A stretch of 64,000 nt of DNA from the human T2T-CHM13v2.0 reference genome, Homo sapiens. The translations under genes were made by a program, and so were the position numbers. The stretch lies in NCBI RefSeq assembly GCF_009914755.1, contig NC_060934.1. One strand, written 5' to 3'. The notes under the pieces were generated by a model. The model was given only the letters and a program-made list of their open reading frames with translations. It had not been told where the DNA came from and did not search any database. Below are positions 58,901 to 64,000 of this stretch, one piece after another (within the stretch, counting starts at the first letter, position 1; every line of letters begins with the position of its first letter).

Positions 58901-61900
58901 AGAAAGAATGGAGAAATGGACAAATCTCCTATTATATTTGGAGACGTCAATACATCTCTACCAGTAATTGACAGATCAAGCAGGCTGAAATCAGTAAAGA
59001 TATGTGACATGAACAGCACTATCAGTTTGATCAAGTTGGCATTGCATAGAATACCCCATCAAAGGACAGCAGGATGCATATTCTTCTCAAGGACACATGG
59101 AATATCCATGAAGATAGATAATATACTGGGCCATAAAGTATGCCATACATTTAAAAAAATAATGTAAATCATACAAAATATGCTCTCAGACTACAGCAAA
59201 ATTAAACTAGAAATCAATAACAAAAAGATAGCTGGTAAATGCCCAAATATTTGGAGGTTAAGCAACATTCTTCTAAATAATGGGTCAAAAAGAAATATCA
59301 AAAGAAATTTTAAAATACTTTAAGTAAAAATACAACTTATCAAAATGTATGGGAAGTAGCAAAAGCAGTGGTTAGAGGGAAACTTATAGCTTTAAATACA
59401 CTTATTAAAAAAGAGAACGATTTAGAGTCACTCAACTAAGAAAACTATAGGAAGAAGAACAAATTAAACAAGCAGAAGAAGGGAAATTATTTTAAAAAAT
59501 GGGAGCAGAAATCAACAAAAGTTAAACCAGAAAAACAACAGAGAAAACAAAACCAAAAAGTGCTTATTTGAAAAGATCATTAAAAATTGGTAAGTCTCTA
59601 GACAGGCTAAACCTGAAAAAGAGAAAGAAGATTCAAATTACCAGTGTCAGGAGTGAGAAAGGGGTCATTACTCCTGCTCCCAACGACATTAAAAGGATAA
59701 CAAGGAAATACTGTGAACAACCCTATGCCCACTAATTTTATATGGATGAAATAGACCAATGTCTCAAATGACATTAACTGTCATGAAACAGATCATCTGA
59801 CTAGTACCATAAATAGTAACAAAATTGAGTTCATAGTTTACAACCTTCCAAAAATAAACCACTAGTTCCAGGTAGTTTTACTGGTGAATTCCACCAAATA
59901 TTTAAGAAATAAATTATACAATTTCTCCACAACCTCTTTAAGAAAATAAAAGAAGAAAGAACACTTCCCAACTCATTTTATCAAGCCAGTACAACCCTAA
60001 TATAACAATCAGATAAAGACATAATAAGAAGGAAAACTATAAGTGAATGTATCTCATAAATGAGACAAAAAGATTTTTTACCAAAATGCTCATCAATTAA
60101 CTTGAGACATACATAAAAAGAATAATACACCACTACCAAGTGGAATTCAGTTCAGGAAGTCAAGGCTGGTTCAACATCACCAATCAATGTAATTCACTAT
60201 GCTAACAGACTGAATAAGAAAAATAACATTTTCATATCGATACACGGAGAAATACATCAAATTTAACAAATTTAACATTAATTTATTATTTACCAAAAAA
60301 AGCTAGAATAAAGAGAACTTCCTTAACCTGGTAAAAGATATATATATATATATAAACCTTGTAGCTAAAGAAACTGAATGCTTTCTCCATAGTTTTGCAA
60401 ACATAGCAAGGATATCCTTTCTCTCTACATTTTTTCCAACATTACAATGGAAATCCTAGAGCATAAAATAAGGCAACAGTAGAAAAGTCATACATATTGG
60501 AAATGAAGAAATTCACAGATGACATGATGTCTATGTAGAAAACCCTAAAGATTCTACAGAAAAAAAAAAAACACAAACAACAATGAAAAAACCTCTTGGA
60601 ACTAATTAATGAGAAGCAAGGTCACAGGATACAAGTTCAACATAGAAAAATAAGGTGCTTTCCTTTGTATCTGCAAATGAACAATTGAAATTTAAAATTT
60701 TACAAATAACATTTACAATATCACAAAAAATGAAATACTTAGATATTAATCAAAAAAATATGTTCAGGATCCATATGCAGAACACTACAAGCACTGATAA
60801 AAGACATTTTTAAGAGATCTAAATAAATTGAAAGACATCCTATGTTCATGCATTGGAATAACCATAATTGTTAAAATGTCTGTTCTTCTCATCTTGATCT
60901 ATAGAATCAACTCAACGCCAATCAAAATCCCAGCTAGCTTTTTTTTGTTAACTGATTCTAAAACTCATACAAAAAGCAAAAACCTAAACAGCCACACAAT
61001 ATGGAAAATGCAGAAGAAAAAAGTTGGAGGGTTCACATTACTCAATTTCAAAACATACTATGCCTTACACTTCCATTAGAGACAGCATGGTGTTGGTAAA
61101 ATAGACACACAGACCAATCGAAAAGGATAAAGATACCACATAAATATAGTCAACTTATTTTTGACAAAGATGCAAAAACAATTTGATGGGGAAAGGATAG
61201 TCTTTTCAACAAATGGTGCTGGAACAATTGGGCATCCATATGCCATAAGTGTGTGTGTGTATACACAGACCTCACAACTTACAGAAAAATTAACTCCAAA
61301 TGAATACAGAACTAAATGTAAAATGCAAAACTTAAACTTCTAGAAGAAAATCTAATGCTGGTTTAGTGATGACTTGCTAGATACAAAACCGAAAGCATGA
61401 TCCATGAAAGAGAAAATACATAAGTTGTATGTTACTGAAATGAAAAATTCTACTCTGAAATACACTGTTACCAGACTTAAAAGAAAAGCCACAAACTGAG
61501 AGGAAATATTTGCAAATCAAGTATCTGACAAAGGACTCGTATCAAGAATATACAAAGAAATCTTAAAACTCAGCAAGAAGAAAACAGCCTAACTGAAAAA
61601 TGAGCAAAATATCTATCAAACACATCACCAGTGGGGATGTACACATGGAAAACAAGCACATGAAATAATTATCAACATCATAGGTTATTAGAAAAATGCA
61701 AATTAAAACCACAATGCAATATCGCTACACACCTACTAGGATAGCTAAAACAACAACAAACTCACAATATCAAATGTGGTGAGGACGTAGAGCAACAGGA
61801 ACCCTCATTCATGGCTGGTAGGAGCACAAAATAGTACATCCACTCTGGAGGACAACTTGGCAGTTTTTCGATTTTTATTGTTTAGACGAGGTATTTTTCA

Positions 61901-63840
61901 ATTGTGGTAAAATCTACATAACATAAAACTTACCATTTTTACTGTGTTTAAGTGTGCAGTTTAGTGGCATTAAGAGCATCCACATTATTGTGCAACCATC
62001 ACCACCATCCACCTCCAGAACTTTTTCATCTTTTCAAAATAATATTCTGTACCCATGAAGCAGTAACAGGCCATTCCTTTCTTCCTCCAGCCACTGGCAA
62101 CCACAGTTCTATTTTCTGTTTCTATGAATTTCACTCCTCTAGGTACCTCATGTAAGTGGAATCATTGGAATCATATAGTATTTGTTCTTTTGTGACTGGC
62201 TTATTTTACTTAGCATAATATCTTCAGATTTCATCCATGTTGTAGAATGTGTAAGAATGTCCTCCCTTTTTAAGACTAGATAATATTCCATTGAATGGAT
62301 ATATTAATACCACATTTTTTTATTCATCTGCTAATGGACACTGTGGTTGTTTCCACTTTGGGGCTACTGCTATTAATACTGGTGTATGAATTTTTCTTCA
62401 AGTTATTGCTTTTAATTCTTTCAGCATGACTCTTTTTTTTTACAAAGCTAAACACAGTCTTGCTATATAATCCATCAATTGTTTTTGTATGTATTTATCC
62501 AGCTTATCTGAAAATTTATGTCCACACAAAACCCAGCCCACAGATGCTTATAGGAACTGTATTCAGAATTACTAAAACTGGAAGCAACAAAGATGTCCCT
62601 CAAAAAGTGAATGGTTAGTGTAATATATGTAATATAAAATATAATATATCTTTATAATGGAACACCACTCAGTGGTATATAAAGGAATGAATTGTCAATC
62701 CAAGCAAATACATGGATGAATCTTAAATGTGTATGGCTGAGTAAAAGAACCAGACTAAAAACAACACATACTATATGATTCCACTTACATAGTATTCTGG
62801 AAAAAGCAAAAGTAGAGAGACAGAAAACAGATCAGTGGTTGCTAGAGACCTGCAGGGTAGGTGGGTAGAACGGAATATGTGAAGCACATAAGATTTCTTA
62901 GGATGATGAAACTATTCTCCATGATACTGTTGTGATGGATATATGGCACTATGAATCTGTAAAAACTCATGAAACATTACGGTACCAAAAGCGAACCTTA
63001 CTGTATGTTCTATAAATGCAAATGTTAAGAAATCAATTAGGAGGTGTGGAGATCCCAAGATTGAGCCCAGACTGTGTCAAATGAGTCCAAATGTATTATA
63101 AATATATGACATACCTTACCAAGTAAGAGGAAAAGAAGTACTGACCTAAGTAGTTTTGAAAATGTATGGAAATTATAAGACTAAAGTCAAGAGAAACTGT
63201 CTATAAGCACCATACTCCAGTTGGTAAAGTTATTTCTCGTAAGAGTACAGATTGACAATTCAACACACTATGCATGCATGATGAGATTGAATAAATAAGT
63301 AAATGGATGACAGCTCCTGGGAGCCAGGTTTCTCACTGTCGGATTTGGAGGTTACAGACAAGGAAAGCTAGAATGAATCATAGAATACTGAACTGGAGTT
63401 GAAAATATCAGTGTAAACTTATCTTTAGATTAACTTAGATACAGGTGGATTAATGTAAAAATAATTATAGATATGTCTGTCTACACAGTTAGTATATACA
63501 TATATTTCCAACCTCATCCCACTGAAAGGGCCTAGAATCAATGACACTCCTTAGCAAAGAGCATGCCTAGCACCCAAACTTTGGTTTCAAATACCATTCT
63601 CTGATAAAAGAAACCAGGGCTCCTGGAGGAAATGGCAGATTATGAGGCTAGAGCAAAGAATATACAAGATGATCCTAGAGCATCTTATAATGTCAGAAAG
63701 TAAGGAAGGACTAAAAATAAAATAAAACAATGGGGTTATGTCAGAGCACATGGAAGCCAGCAGTCAGAGCTCCCAATGGCCAAGGCTGGAACATTATGAA
63801 CAACAAAATAAATAAAATGTATTGAAATATAACCCAAAGC
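55985..63840 (+). mobile_element. Near-full-length decayed L1MC (L1MC3-like 3' UTR)
   Basis: 5' UTR from ~55985; ORF1 remnants 57000-57950 (EEISEIEDWSI); ORF2 remnants 58540-62700 (IIFGDVNTSLPVIDRSSR); long L1MC3-type 3' UTR after 62750. Confidence 0.85.
61870..62425 (-). mobile_element. L1MB (MB3-like) 3' end inserted antisense into the L1MC
   Basis: aattgtggtaaaatctacataacataaaacttaccattt...ttgtgcaaccatcaccaccatcc; host resumes at ttacaaagctaaac. Confidence 0.87.
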
Positions 63841-63841
63841 A

Positions 63842-64000
63842 CTATATATATGTGTGTATATATATACACATATATATGTGTATATATACACACATATATG
63901 TGTATATATATACACACATATATGTGTATATATATACACATATATACATATATACACATATATACATATATACATATATACATACATATATACATATATA
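63842..64000. repeat. Compound (TA)n/(TG)n/(CA)n microsatellite running off the window end
   Basis: Directly visible. Confidence 0.95.

Noticed and set aside
63736-63995. YIYTHICV-repeat ORFs
   Set aside because: Translation of the terminal microsatellite

Overview
Hominid (most likely human or great-ape) nuclear DNA with no recognisable protein-coding exon, RNA gene or prokaryotic system; it looks like intergenic or deep-intronic sequence. It has three zones. (1) About 0.8-23.5 kb is LINE-1-dense: rearranged old L1M pieces, then a nest in which an L1MA carries a hominid L1PA insertion and is followed by a near-full-length L1PB, with the L1MA and L1PB both lacking their 3' ends. (2) About 23.5-49.5 kb is L1-poor, with Alus, MIR/L2, MER DNA transposons, MaLR solo LTRs and long unique stretches carrying enhancer-like motif clusters and one candidate 117-nt exon. 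(3) About 49.5-64 kb is again L1-dense (L1ME, HAL1-like, L1PB4, near-full-length L1MC3) with an Alu cluster. The ORFs in the supplied track are decayed L1 ORF1/ORF2 fragments, Alu read-throughs, low-complexity translations or short unrecognised frames. I found no support for a new biological system. The most notable signals are local templated-insertion and duplication scars: a hairpin patchwork in the L1PA, a 34-bp MIR copy pasted into an L1, and a ~95%-identical duplicated L1PB4 tail. Repeat subfamily names come from recalled consensus motifs, not a RepeatMasker run, and boundaries of old repeats are approximate.
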